Part shown: piece by piece, positions 34,763 through 43,202 of the stretch
Layout: each line of letters begins with the position of its first letter
Numbering within the stretch: position 1 is the first letter of the stretch
From: Candidatus Limnocylindrales bacterium
Lineage (GTDB): Bacteria; Chloroflexota; Limnocylindria; Limnocylindrales; CSP1-4
Direction of reading: 5' to 3'
Assembly: GCA_035248345.1 (NCBI GenBank)
Contig: DATFHO010000030.1
Coordinates: 6,116-70,115, forward strand
Length of the DNA stretch: 64,000 nucleotides
Translations under genes and position numbers: made by a program
Notes under the pieces: model-generated
Seen by the model: the letters and a program-made list of their open reading frames with translations, nothing else
What the model was told of the DNA's origin: nothing
The model's database searches: none

Positions 34763-35206
34763 ATGCGGGGAATCGGACTTCGGATCGCCATCATCGGCGC
34801 CGTCATCGTGGGCGCCATCATCCTTCGGCCGTTCCTGAGCGGGAACGCCTCGCAGCTGGCGGTCGGCGACTGCTTCGACGAGCCGACGAACGCTGCGGCG
34901 ACGGTCGAGGATGTCCAGCACCGGCCGTGCACGGATCCGCATGACGGCGAGGTCGTCTTCGTGGCGAACTACGAACCGTCCTCCGCGACCTACCCGACCG
35001 ACGATGAGTTCACGGCGTTCTACGGGCCGAAATGCCTGACCGCCTTCTCGACGATCACGGGCACGGAGTTCATGACGCAGGAGACCTACGACATGATCCC
35101 GATGATGCCGACGTCCGGGAGCTGGGCCGACGGCAACCGGAAGGTGATCTGCTACGCCGTCAACGTCGACAAGTCGAAGCTGAGCGCGCCCCTCAAGAAG
35201 TCGTAG
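34763..35206 (+). CDS. Septum-formation-family membrane-anchored protein
   Basis: GGGAGGG RBS and an N-terminal TM helix. VGDCFDE...RPCTDPHDGEVVFV...CLTAF...GNRKVICYAV matches the actinobacterial Septum_form domain Cys/His pattern. Confidence 0.7.
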   Translation: MRGIGLRIAIIGAVIVGAIILRPFLSGNASQLAVGDCFDEPTNAAATVEDVQHRPCTDPHDGEVVFVANYEPSSATYPTDDEFTAFYGPKCLTAFSTITGTEFMTQETYDMIPMMPTSGSWADGNRKVICYAVNVDKSKLSAPLKKS

Positions 35207-35531
35207 GCCGCGTCTCGCCCACGAACGGCATGCCGTGCCGGGTGAGCGCCTCGACGCTCATCCGGAGCACGGCGGTCTTGGCGGACGCCACGTCGCGGAC
35301 GTAGGCGGCCTCTTCGTCATCGGTCATCGCCCGCCCGCGGATCGCGCTGGGTGGGCGCCCGACCTGCAGCCACGCGAGGTGGTAGCGGTCCATCGAGCCC
35401 CACGCGCGGGCGAGCAGGTCGTCGCTGAGCTGCAACCACACGCGCAGCGCGGCCTGGCTCGGGTTGGCGGTCAGCCGATCGCCCTCCGCGATGAGCTGGC
35501 GCGTGTCCCGGACGAGCTCGTCGCGGGTCAT
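35193..35531 (-). CDS. Hypothetical protein (112 aa) coupled to pabC
   Basis: The ATG overlaps the pabC stop (ATGA). I recognise no family. Confidence 0.4.
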   Translation of the reverse strand: MTRDELVRDTRQLIAEGDRLTANPSQAALRVWLQLSDDLLARAWGSMDRYHLAWLQVGRPPSAIRGRAMTDDEEAAYVRDVASAKTAVLRMSVEALTRHGMPFVGETRPTTS

Positions 35532-36427
35532 CCGTTGCCCGCCCTGATGAACGCTTCGCGATCGGCGCGGGCGCGCGTGGCCCACGGACCTGGCCGGCCG
35601 GTCCCGACGGCCGCGCCCTCGAACCGCGTCACGGGCAGGATCCCGGCCACGCTCGAGCAGAGGAACGCCTCGTCGGCCTGCGCGAGGTCCGCTGCGGTCA
35701 ACAGGCCCTCCGTCACCGTGAGGCCCGCGGTCACGGCCCAGCGCAGGATCCACGTCCGCGTGGTGCCGGCGAGGATCGCGCAGTCGAGCGACGGGGTCGC
35801 CAGCTCCGAGCCGCGGACGAGGAAGATGTTCGCGCTCGTCGCCTCGGAAAGGTGGCCGTCGATCGTCAGGAAGAGAGCATCGTCCGCGCCGGTGCGGCGC
35901 GCCTCGAGGCGCGCATAGACGAAGTCCGCGCGGCTCGTGGTCTTGAGCGCGGCGAGCGGGCTCTTCGGGTCGCGACGGACGGAGCTTGCGACGAGCTGCA
36001 GGCCCCGCTCGAGCTGCGCCGCAGGCGGGGGCGTCACGGGCCACGCCTGGATCACGATCGTGGCTCGGCCGTCCGGGGCCGGGAGCAACCCGCGCTGCGC
36101 GACGACGCCACGGCTCACGGTGATCCGCACGGACGCGTCGCCATCCGGCCCGGCCAGCTGATCGGCGGCAAGGAGCGCTGCGATGCCGCGGGTCACATCG
36201 TGCTCCATCGACTCCGGCAGGTCGATCTCGAGGCCTGTCGCGGAGGCCCGCAGGCGGGCGAGGTGCTCCGGGAGCTCCGTCGCGTGGCCCGCGGTTGCGC
36301 GGAGCGTCTCGAAGATGCCGTCACCGAGCTGGAAGCCGCGATCGAACGCGGACAGGTGCAGCGAATCCGCCGGCTCCAGCCGGCCATCGATCCAGATGTA
36401 CCGGCCCGCAAGGCCCTCCGTGCTCAC
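35528..36427 (-). CDS. pabC: Class IV aminotransferase-fold protein, probable aminodeoxychorismate lyase
   Basis: FDRGFQLGDGIFETLRA and ...EATSANIFLV... motifs of fold-type IV PLP enzymes. It lies directly downstream of pabB. The GTG start is at 36425-36427. Confidence 0.75.
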   Translation of the reverse strand: MSTEGLAGRYIWIDGRLEPADSLHLSAFDRGFQLGDGIFETLRATAGHATELPEHLARLRASATGLEIDLPESMEHDVTRGIAALLAADQLAGPDGDASVRITVSRGVVAQRGLLPAPDGRATIVIQAWPVTPPPAAQLERGLQLVASSVRRDPKSPLAALKTTSRADFVYARLEARRTGADDALFLTIDGHLSEATSANIFLVRGSELATPSLDCAILAGTTRTWILRWAVTAGLTVTEGLLTAADLAQADEAFLCSSVAGILPVTRFEGAAVGTGRPGPWATRARADREAFIRAGNG

Positions 36428-36431
36428 GTGG

Positions 36432-37886
36432 TCACGCGACCTCGCGCGCGCCGATCGCGCGCAGCGGGCCGCTCGCCTTCGCGACCGTCTCGTCCCATTC
36501 GGCCGCCGGCTCGCTGCGCCACGTGATCCCGCCACCGACGTGGAGGCTCAGCCGCTCACCGTCGGCAACGAACGTCCGGATCAGGATCGATGAGCCCATT
36601 GCCCCGTCCGGGCCGACCCAGCACGCGATGCCGGTGTACGGCCCGCGCCGAACCGGCTCCAGGCCCTCGATCAGCTGCATCGCCCGGATCTTCGGCGCGC
36701 CCGTGATCGAGCCCCCGGGGAACGAGGCGGACAGGAGGTCGAACGCGTCGCGGCTCGGGGCAAGCTGGCCCGTGACCGTCGACACGAGGTGCTGCACCGC
36801 GGCGGTCCGCTCGAGGCGGCAGAGGCGCGGAACGCGGACGCTCCCCGGTTCGCACACGCGACCGAGGTCGTTGCGAAGCACGTCCACGATCATCACGTTC
36901 TCGGCGCGGTCCTTCGCCGACGCGAGCAGCTCGCGGGCGTGGCGTCGATCGTCCGCACGATCCCGGCCGCGCGGACGCGTGCCCTTGATCGGGTTTGTCT
37001 CCACGACCCTGTCGGGCGACACGGACAGGAACGGCTCCGGCGAGGCCGACGCGATCGCGCGCGGCGCGCCCGTAATCGGGCTCGGACCCAGGTCGATGTA
37101 CGCCGCGAACAGGCTCGGGTCGCCGGTGCGCAGCCGCCGGTAGAGGGGCCACGGGTCGCCGCGGAACGTCGCCTCGAGGCGACGCGTGAGGTTCGCCTGG
37201 TAGATGTCGCCCTTCGCGATCGATGCGCGAACGGATTCGACCCCCGCCTCGTACGCAGCCCGGTCGAGGCCCGATCGCATCTCCAGACCCGCGACGTCGC
37301 GGCCGTCGGCCTTCGTCATCGAGCTCGGGCGCACCTGCGCCGCGAGCCGCTCGCGCACCTCGACGAGGCGCCGATCCAGCGCCGTGATCCGCTCATCGAC
37401 CGCGCGCCCGCCGAGCCAGGCACGCCCGTCGCGTCGGTCCCAGGCGATCACCCAGTCGTGGAGCGCCAGCCGCATGACGGGCAGTTCCTGATCTGCGGTG
37501 GCGAGCGATGGCAGCCGCTCGAACCGGCGCCCGAGGTCGTACCCGAGGAAGCCGGCGAGGCCGCCGAGGAACGGCGGTGTCGACGGGCCGCCTGCCGGCG
37601 ACGGGCCGCCTGCCGGCAGTGCCGTGAGCCGGGCGAGGAGGCGACGAGCGTTCGCGAACGCATCGGGGCCCTCCGAAGGCGCTTCCAGGACGGCCACGGG
37701 ATCAGCGGTGAGGTACGTCCATCGGGCGTTCCGGCCGGGGCGGGCGCTCTCCAGGAGCACGAGGCCGGGAAGGTCGCGGACGTGCTCGGCGACGTCCATC
37801 GGCGCGATCGCCGCGAGCTCGGGCCGCTCCTCGAGGCGGACCCCCGGAGCGAGCTCCCGACCGACGTCGGCCCGGTGATCACGCAT
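36432..37886 (-). CDS. pabB: Aminodeoxychorismate synthase component I (chorismate-binding enzyme, 484 aa)
   Basis: Chorismate-utilising motifs IAKGDIYQANLTRR, SASPEPFL, NPIKGTRPRG, ENVMIVDVLRNDLGRV and FPGGSITGAPKIRAM...E...RGPYTG. Confidence 0.85.
   Translation of the reverse strand: MRDHRADVGRELAPGVRLEERPELAAIAPMDVAEHVRDLPGLVLLESARPGRNARWTYLTADPVAVLEAPSEGPDAFANARRLLARLTALPAGGPSPAGGPSTPPFLGGLAGFLGYDLGRRFERLPSLATADQELPVMRLALHDWVIAWDRRDGRAWLGGRAVDERITALDRRLVEVRERLAAQVRPSSMTKADGRDVAGLEMRSGLDRAAYEAGVESVRASIAKGDIYQANLTRRLEATFRGDPWPLYRRLRTGDPSLFAAYIDLGPSPITGAPRAIASASPEPFLSVSPDRVVETNPIKGTRPRGRDRADDRRHARELLASAKDRAENVMIVDVLRNDLGRVCEPGSVRVPRLCRLERTAAVQHLVSTVTGQLAPSRDAFDLLSASFPGGSITGAPKIRAMQLIEGLEPVRRGPYTGIACWVGPDGAMGSSILIRTFVADGERLSLHVGGGITWRSEPAAEWDETVAKASGPLRAIGAREVA
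37583..37618. repeat. Perfect 2 x 18-bp tandem duplication (GACGGGCCGCCTGCCGGC) inside pabB
   Basis: Read directly from the sequence. It is in frame and encodes the duplicated hexapeptide in ...LPAGGPSPAGGPSTPP... Confidence 0.9.
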
Positions 37887-37956
37887 GCGGCGAGGATAGC
37901 CAGCGGGTTGCTGCGCACCACTTGTCGAAGATGCTACGGATCCGTAGTATCTCGGG

Positions 37957-39318
37957 ATGCGACGACGAATCCTGGCATCGCTGGCGGCGCTCCTGATCGG
38001 CGCGTGCAACGCGACTGCGCCCGCGAGCCCCACGCCGGGCGCGCCCGGCATACCGACCGCATCGGCCACGGCCCCGACCGGCCCGGCTGCAACGACGCCG
38101 AGCGCCACGCCCGCCGGAACGCGGGATCGCGTGACCGGCTGGCAGTCCGACCTTGCCCTGCTCGTTCCCGGCATGGAGCGGCTGCACAAGGACCTGTACC
38201 ACTCCGTCGACGAGCAGGCCCTGACCGACGCGGTCACGGCGCTGAGCGCGTCGGCCGCGAGCGCAACCGACGACCAGCTGCTTGACGGCGTGCTTCGGAT
38301 CGTCGCGATGGTCAGCGCCGGCGGGTGCGACGCGCACACGGGCGCCTACGTGTGGGGGGCCGGCACCTACCCGCTCGACTCGATGCCGCTGCGGCTCTGG
38401 CTGTTCGGCGATGACGTCGACGTCGTGGCGGCGCTCCCGCCCTACGCGGACCTCGTGGGCAAGCGGATCGTGAGCGTCGAGGGCCACCCGATCGGCGACG
38501 TCCTCGAGGCGCTGGATCCGCTCATACCCCGCGACAACGAGCAGACCGTGCGCCTGCTGACGCCGCGGTTCCTGTTGATCCCACAGATCCTGCGCGGCCT
38601 CGGGCTCGCCGATGGCAGCGGCCCGATCACCATCGGCATCGACCAAGGTGACGGCACGACGCCGACGTCCATCGACATCAATCCGATCCCGATGGCCGAC
38701 TACAACGCCTGGGCCGGCCCGTATGGCCTGCACCTGCCGGCCGATCCGAAGGTGCTGTATCTCTCGCGCATCGACGACGCGCTGTGGTGGCAGCTCCTCG
38801 AGGACGGCGAGACGCTGTTCGTCCAGTACAACCGCGTCGATCCATTGCCGGCGACGACCATCGCCGACCTCAAGGGCTTCCTCGAGGATCCGAACGTCTC
38901 CCGCGTCGTGCTGGACCTGCGGCACAACTACGGCGGCGAGCTCCATGCGCTCGACGCGGTCGAGGCCCTGTTCCAGGACCCGTCGTTCGACCAGCCCGGC
39001 CGGCTCTTCGTGGTCACCGGCCGGAACACGTTCTCGGCCGGAAGCCTGCTCGTGGCGCGGCTCGAGCGCGACACGCAGGCCGAGATCGTCGGCGAGCCGA
39101 TGGGCGGCTGCCCGACCTTCTGGAGCGACCCGACGTCGCTCAACCTGCCGTTCTCCGGCATCGAGGTCGGTGTCGCCGATGACGTCGCGATCGGAGTCGA
39201 CCCGAACGACACGCGCCACGGCATCCTGCCCGACACCGCGATCGAGCTCACGCTCGACGATTGGCTCGCCGGCGACGACCCGGTCCTCGACTCGATCGTC
39301 GTCGCGAACGGCCCGTGA
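37957..39318 (+). CDS. Peptidase S41-like lipoprotein (453 aa)
   Basis: Lipobox LLIGAC followed by a Pro/Thr/Ala linker. The C-terminal part has VVLDLRHNYGG and VVTGRNTFSAGSLLVARL...IVGEPMGG, resembling the S41 core. I see no Lys at the expected general-base position. Confidence 0.65.
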   Translation: MRRRILASLAALLIGACNATAPASPTPGAPGIPTASATAPTGPAATTPSATPAGTRDRVTGWQSDLALLVPGMERLHKDLYHSVDEQALTDAVTALSASAASATDDQLLDGVLRIVAMVSAGGCDAHTGAYVWGAGTYPLDSMPLRLWLFGDDVDVVAALPPYADLVGKRIVSVEGHPIGDVLEALDPLIPRDNEQTVRLLTPRFLLIPQILRGLGLADGSGPITIGIDQGDGTTPTSIDINPIPMADYNAWAGPYGLHLPADPKVLYLSRIDDALWWQLLEDGETLFVQYNRVDPLPATTIADLKGFLEDPNVSRVVLDLRHNYGGELHALDAVEALFQDPSFDQPGRLFVVTGRNTFSAGSLLVARLERDTQAEIVGEPMGGCPTFWSDPTSLNLPFSGIEVGVADDVAIGVDPNDTRHGILPDTAIELTLDDWLAGDDPVLDSIVVANGP

Positions 39319-39812
39319 GCCCAGAGGGCGGACCCGCAACGTCCCTCCTCTTCGAGGTGTTCGCGACCAGCCATGCCGTCGGGCGGCTCCTGGCTGCGGC
39401 GATGGGCCAGAGTCCGCTGACGCCCTCGGAATACGCCGTGTACAGCGCGATCTTCGAGCTCGAGGCTGCGACGCCGACCGCGCTCGCAGCGCGGCTCGGC
39501 ATGCCGCTGACCACGTTCGCGGACCAGCTCCGGGCGCTGGAGCGCCGCGGCCACGCCTCCCGGCTGCCCCACCCGACCGACGGCCGGTCCTACCGGGTCG
39601 TGCTGACCGCCGCCGGCCGCGAGGCGCACCAGGCCGCAAATGCCGGGTTCGAGCAGGCCCACCGCGCGTTCTCTGCGGCGTTGACGTCAAGCGAGGGGCA
39701 GGTGCGTGCGGCACTGGCGGCGGTGCGCGAGGCGGCCGACGAAGTGGCGGACGAGGCCGCCGCCGGGGCCGCGAGCGTCAGTCCGCGCCCGTCACGCGGT
39801 CGCGGCGGCTGA
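39315..39812 (+). CDS. MarR-family transcriptional regulator (165 aa)
   Basis: The GTG overlaps the upstream stop (GTGA). Winged-helix core LTPSEYAVYSAIFELEAATPTALAARLGMPLTTFADQLRALERRGHASRLPHPTDGRSYRVVLT. Confidence 0.75.
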   Translation: MSPEGGPATSLLFEVFATSHAVGRLLAAAMGQSPLTPSEYAVYSAIFELEAATPTALAARLGMPLTTFADQLRALERRGHASRLPHPTDGRSYRVVLTAAGREAHQAANAGFEQAHRAFSAALTSSEGQVRAALAAVREAADEVADEAAAGAASVSPRPSRGRGG

Positions 39813-40209
39813 AGTCATCCAGGGCCGCGCGGCACTCGCCGGCGAGGCGCTGCGCCTGGCGGACGATCCACGGATCGACCCGCGTCGAGTCCTCGATCAC
39901 GAGCGTGGCGCCGTTCGGCCCGTCATCGACGACGATCCCGCTGGTATTCCGGTAGTCCGCCATCCAGTTCGCCTGGAGCTGGAGGAGCACGTCGGCGACG
40001 ACCCGCTCGGAGAACAGCCAGTCGAGATGGGTCGCATTCAGCCTGTCCACGAGTGCACGCAGCGCTACGGGCTCGCCGCGCGGCACGCGGGCAACGAGGT
40101 CGACGACCCGAAGCGCGGCGAACGGATCACCGGATTCGGCGACGACGGGGGGAGCCGCATCGGCGGCGGGCATGCCGGCGGGCGCCGGGCGCATTCGATC
40201 GAGCGACAT
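39778..40209 (-). CDS. Hypothetical protein (143 aa) downstream of kamA
   Basis: It starts 21 nt after the kamA stop. I recognise no family. Its 3' end overlaps the convergent MarR gene by 35 nt. Confidence 0.4.
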   Translation of the reverse strand: MSLDRMRPAPAGMPAADAAPPVVAESGDPFAALRVVDLVARVPRGEPVALRALVDRLNATHLDWLFSERVVADVLLQLQANWMADYRNTSGIVVDDGPNGATLVIEDSTRVDPWIVRQAQRLAGECRAALDDFSRRDRVTGAD

Positions 40210-40230
40210 CGCCCAGAGGGTAGCGAGCGG

Positions 40231-41808
40231 CTAGAGCATCTCCCCGTGGGCGGTCGCCGTGGGCTCGCCGTCACGCGGTCGCGGCTCCTCGCCGGGGCCG
40301 TACGCGTGGCTGCTGCCGTTGCCATTCGTGGCGGCGCCGGCCTCGAGCACCGGCAATGGCTTCGCCGCCGTGCCCTCGATCGCCCCGACGCCCAGCGGAA
40401 CCCACTTGGAGGGATCCTGGAGCCGGTGGGCGACCGTGTTGCCGCGCTGGTGGGTGTCCTCGAAGCCCTTCGGCTCGATCCACATGCGCTCGCCCTCGAG
40501 CAGCCCGAGGACGCCGGACTGGCCCGGCTCCGAGCGCTGGTGCTGGCAGTACGCGCACGCCGCCTCGTTGTGGCGCTCGTACGTCTGCGGCTCCTCGTAC
40601 GTGGTGATGTAGCCCTCGTAGTTCCGGAGCACGACCTTGTGGTCCGAGTACGAGATGAGGTAGTTCGGCATCACCGGGATCTTGCCGCCACCGCCGGGAG
40701 CATCGATGACGTAGGTCGGGACCGCGTAGCCGGAGGTGTGGCCGCGCAGGCCTTCCATGATCTCGAGGCCCTTGCCGACCGGCGTCCGGAAGTGCCCGGA
40801 GCCCTCGACGAGGTCGCACTGGTACAGGTAGTAGGGCCGGATCCGGTTCTCGACGAGCTTGTGCACGAGTGCGCGCTGGATGTGCACGCAGTCGTTCACG
40901 CCTGCGAGCAGCACGCTCTGGTTGCCGACGGGCAGGCCGGCCTTCGTCAGCTTGTCGACCGCGCGGGAGACCTCGGGCGTGATCTCGTTCGGGTGGTTGA
41001 AGTGGAGGTTGATCCACAGCGGGTGGTACTTCTGCAGCATCTCGCAGAGCTCGTCGTCGATGCGCTGTGGCAGGAAGACCGGGACCCGCGAGCCGATGCG
41101 GATGATCTCGATATGCGGGATCTCGCGGAGTCCGCGGAGGATCTTCTCGAACAGCTTCGGCGCGAGCGTCAGGCCGTCGCCGCCGGAGATGAGGACGTCG
41201 CGGACCTGGGGGGTGCGGCGCAGGTACTCGAGCTGCGCCTCGTGGTCGCGCGAGTTGAAGTTCTGGGTCGGGTCGCCGACGATGCGGCTCCGCGTGCAGT
41301 AGCGGCAGTAGCTCGCGCACTGGGTCGTGACGAGCATGAGCACGCGATCCGGGTAGCGATGGACGAGGCCCGGGACCGGCGAGTGGCGGTCCTCGGCGAG
41401 CGAGTCCTCCATCATCGCGGTGAACGCCTGGTGCTCCCGCCCGAGCGGGATGACCTGCCGGCGGATCGGGTCGTTCGGGTCGTCGGGGTCGATGAGCGAC
41501 ACGAAGTACGGCGTGATGTCGACGCGGAACTTGTCGTCCGCGGTGAGGCCGGCCCGCTCCTCGTCGGTGAGGTTCAGGACCTGCGCGACCTCCTCGAGCG
41601 AGTTGATGCGGTTGCTGAGCTGCCAGCGCCAGTCGTCCCACTTCTCGTCCGGGACGTCCTGCCAGATCTTCGCGCGGCGGCTGCGGGCGGGCTTGCCGTC
41701 CGGCCCGAGCGCCTTGGCCGGGTCGCGGGGATTGACGAACGGCACCTCGGCCGCGGCGAGCGCCGCGTTCTGGTGGGCGACCGCCGCCTTGATCTCCTGG
41801 GCGTCCAA
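40231..41808 (-). CDS. kamA: Lysine 2,3-aminomutase (radical SAM, 525 aa)
   Basis: Radical-SAM CASYCRYCTRS. The KamA N-terminal signature W..V....W.DWRWQLSNRI is present, along with PLP-region motifs. TTG start with AGGAG 11 nt upstream. It carries a C-terminal extension of about 70 aa. Confidence 0.9.
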   Translation of the reverse strand: MDAQEIKAAVAHQNAALAAAEVPFVNPRDPAKALGPDGKPARSRRAKIWQDVPDEKWDDWRWQLSNRINSLEEVAQVLNLTDEERAGLTADDKFRVDITPYFVSLIDPDDPNDPIRRQVIPLGREHQAFTAMMEDSLAEDRHSPVPGLVHRYPDRVLMLVTTQCASYCRYCTRSRIVGDPTQNFNSRDHEAQLEYLRRTPQVRDVLISGGDGLTLAPKLFEKILRGLREIPHIEIIRIGSRVPVFLPQRIDDELCEMLQKYHPLWINLHFNHPNEITPEVSRAVDKLTKAGLPVGNQSVLLAGVNDCVHIQRALVHKLVENRIRPYYLYQCDLVEGSGHFRTPVGKGLEIMEGLRGHTSGYAVPTYVIDAPGGGGKIPVMPNYLISYSDHKVVLRNYEGYITTYEEPQTYERHNEAACAYCQHQRSEPGQSGVLGLLEGERMWIEPKGFEDTHQRGNTVAHRLQDPSKWVPLGVGAIEGTAAKPLPVLEAGAATNGNGSSHAYGPGEEPRPRDGEPTATAHGEML

Positions 41809-41838
41809 CTCGGCACGATCTCCTGGGCAGGAAAGGTC

Positions 41839-41859
41839 AGTGCATAAATTGTATGCACT
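41839..41859. promoter_or_regulatory. Perfect 8-5-8 AT-rich inverted repeat AGTGCATA-AATTG-TATGCACT in the kamA / methyltransferase divergent region
   Basis: Read directly from the sequence. It lies 31-51 nt upstream of the kamA TTG, just 5' of its SD. Confidence 0.6.
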
Positions 41860-41942
41860 CTGGAAGTCGAGGGATCATAGCGTGACAGTCCCGACCCTTC
41901 CAGCCGAATGCCGAACCACCGGTGCTGGCTACCATCGCCGAC

Positions 41943-42734
41943 ATGTCAGACACGCTCGAGTTCGATCAGGACCTGCCCGCCCACGTCGCTGCGAACCGGG
42001 AAGCCTGGGATCGCTACGCGCACGAGTACGTCGAGTCGGGAGAGACGAACTGGGCCACCGATGTCGTCGACTGGGGCATCTGGGGCATCCCCGAGACCGA
42101 CGTCCACCTGCTCCCGGACGATGTTCGCGGGCAGGACGTGATCGAGCTCGGCTGCGGAACCGCCTACGTGTCCGCGTGGCTCGCGATGCGCGGGGCGCGG
42201 CCCGTCGGTGTCGACAACTCGCCGGCCCAGCTGGAGACGGCGCGCCGGCTCATGGCCAAGCACGGCTTCGATTTCCCGGTCCACCTCGGCAACGCCGAGA
42301 AGACGCCGTTCCCCGACGCGAGCTTCGACGGCGTGATCTCGGAATACGGGGCCGCGCTCTGGGCCGATCCGTACGCCTGGATCCCCGAGGCGTCACGGCT
42401 CCTGAAGCCGGGTGGCTGGCTCATGTTCCTCACGAACTCGCCGCTCCTCATCCTGACCGTGCCGGACCAGGAGGATCTGCCCGCGACCACGACGCTCCAG
42501 CGGCCGTACTTCGGCATGCATCGCCAGCAGTGGGAGGGCGACACCTCGGTCGAGTTCCACATCCCGCACGGCGCCTGGATCGACCTGCTCCACGACAACG
42601 GCTTCGTGGTCGAGCGACTCGTCGAGCTGCAGCCGAGCGCCGATTCGACGACGCGCTACACGAACATCGCAACGCTCGAATGGGCGCGCCAGTGGCCGTC
42701 GGAGGAAGCGTGGATCGCGCGTAAGCGCGGGTAG
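41943..42734 (+). CDS. Class I SAM-dependent methyltransferase
   Basis: Motif I VIELGCGTAYVS, with DNSPAQL and LKPGGWLMF. An alternative GTG start lies at 41922. Confidence 0.8.
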   Translation: MSDTLEFDQDLPAHVAANREAWDRYAHEYVESGETNWATDVVDWGIWGIPETDVHLLPDDVRGQDVIELGCGTAYVSAWLAMRGARPVGVDNSPAQLETARRLMAKHGFDFPVHLGNAEKTPFPDASFDGVISEYGAALWADPYAWIPEASRLLKPGGWLMFLTNSPLLILTVPDQEDLPATTTLQRPYFGMHRQQWEGDTSVEFHIPHGAWIDLLHDNGFVVERLVELQPSADSTTRYTNIATLEWARQWPSEEAWIARKRG

Positions 42735-42765
42735 GTTCGGCGCGGCGCGCGCCCCGGAGCCGGGG

Positions 42766-43098
42766 TTACTCCCCGATCACGCTCCAGAGGAAGCCCATCG
42801 AGATGAACACGCCGCTGAACAGCGCGACCAGGCCAAGCCCGCCGTAGGGCGAGTTGGCGCCCTGGTGCGGCACGAGCTGCAGCGCGACGCCGAACACGAC
42901 CGCCCAGCCGATGAACAGGAGCCCGAAGAAGATCTTGCCGTTCGGTCCGGTGATGCGCTTCACCCAGCGCGAGCGCCCGTCGGACGAGATGGCCGACTTC
43001 GCGAAGATGATCACGAACACCGTCGCGACGCCCAGCGAGATGATCAGGGCGGGCAGGTTGTTCGGGAAGTTCTCGAACCAGAGGGTGAAGATCGTCAT
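42766..43098 (-). CDS. Small integral membrane protein (3 TM, 110 aa)
   Basis: Hydrophobic helices. It is divergent from the MMPL gene. The start is taken at MTIFTLWF. Confidence 0.45.
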   Translation of the reverse strand: MTIFTLWFENFPNNLPALIISLGVATVFVIIFAKSAISSDGRSRWVKRITGPNGKIFFGLLFIGWAVVFGVALQLVPHQGANSPYGGLGLVALFSGVFISMGFLWSVIGE

Positions 43099-43202
43099 GC
43101 GGGGCGATCGTAGCAGAGGGCTAGCATGGTCGGACCGATGAATGCCGGCCTCCGCCACGCTCGTTCCGCGCGCCTCGGAGCCTCGATTCCGTGGCCGTCA
43201 GC

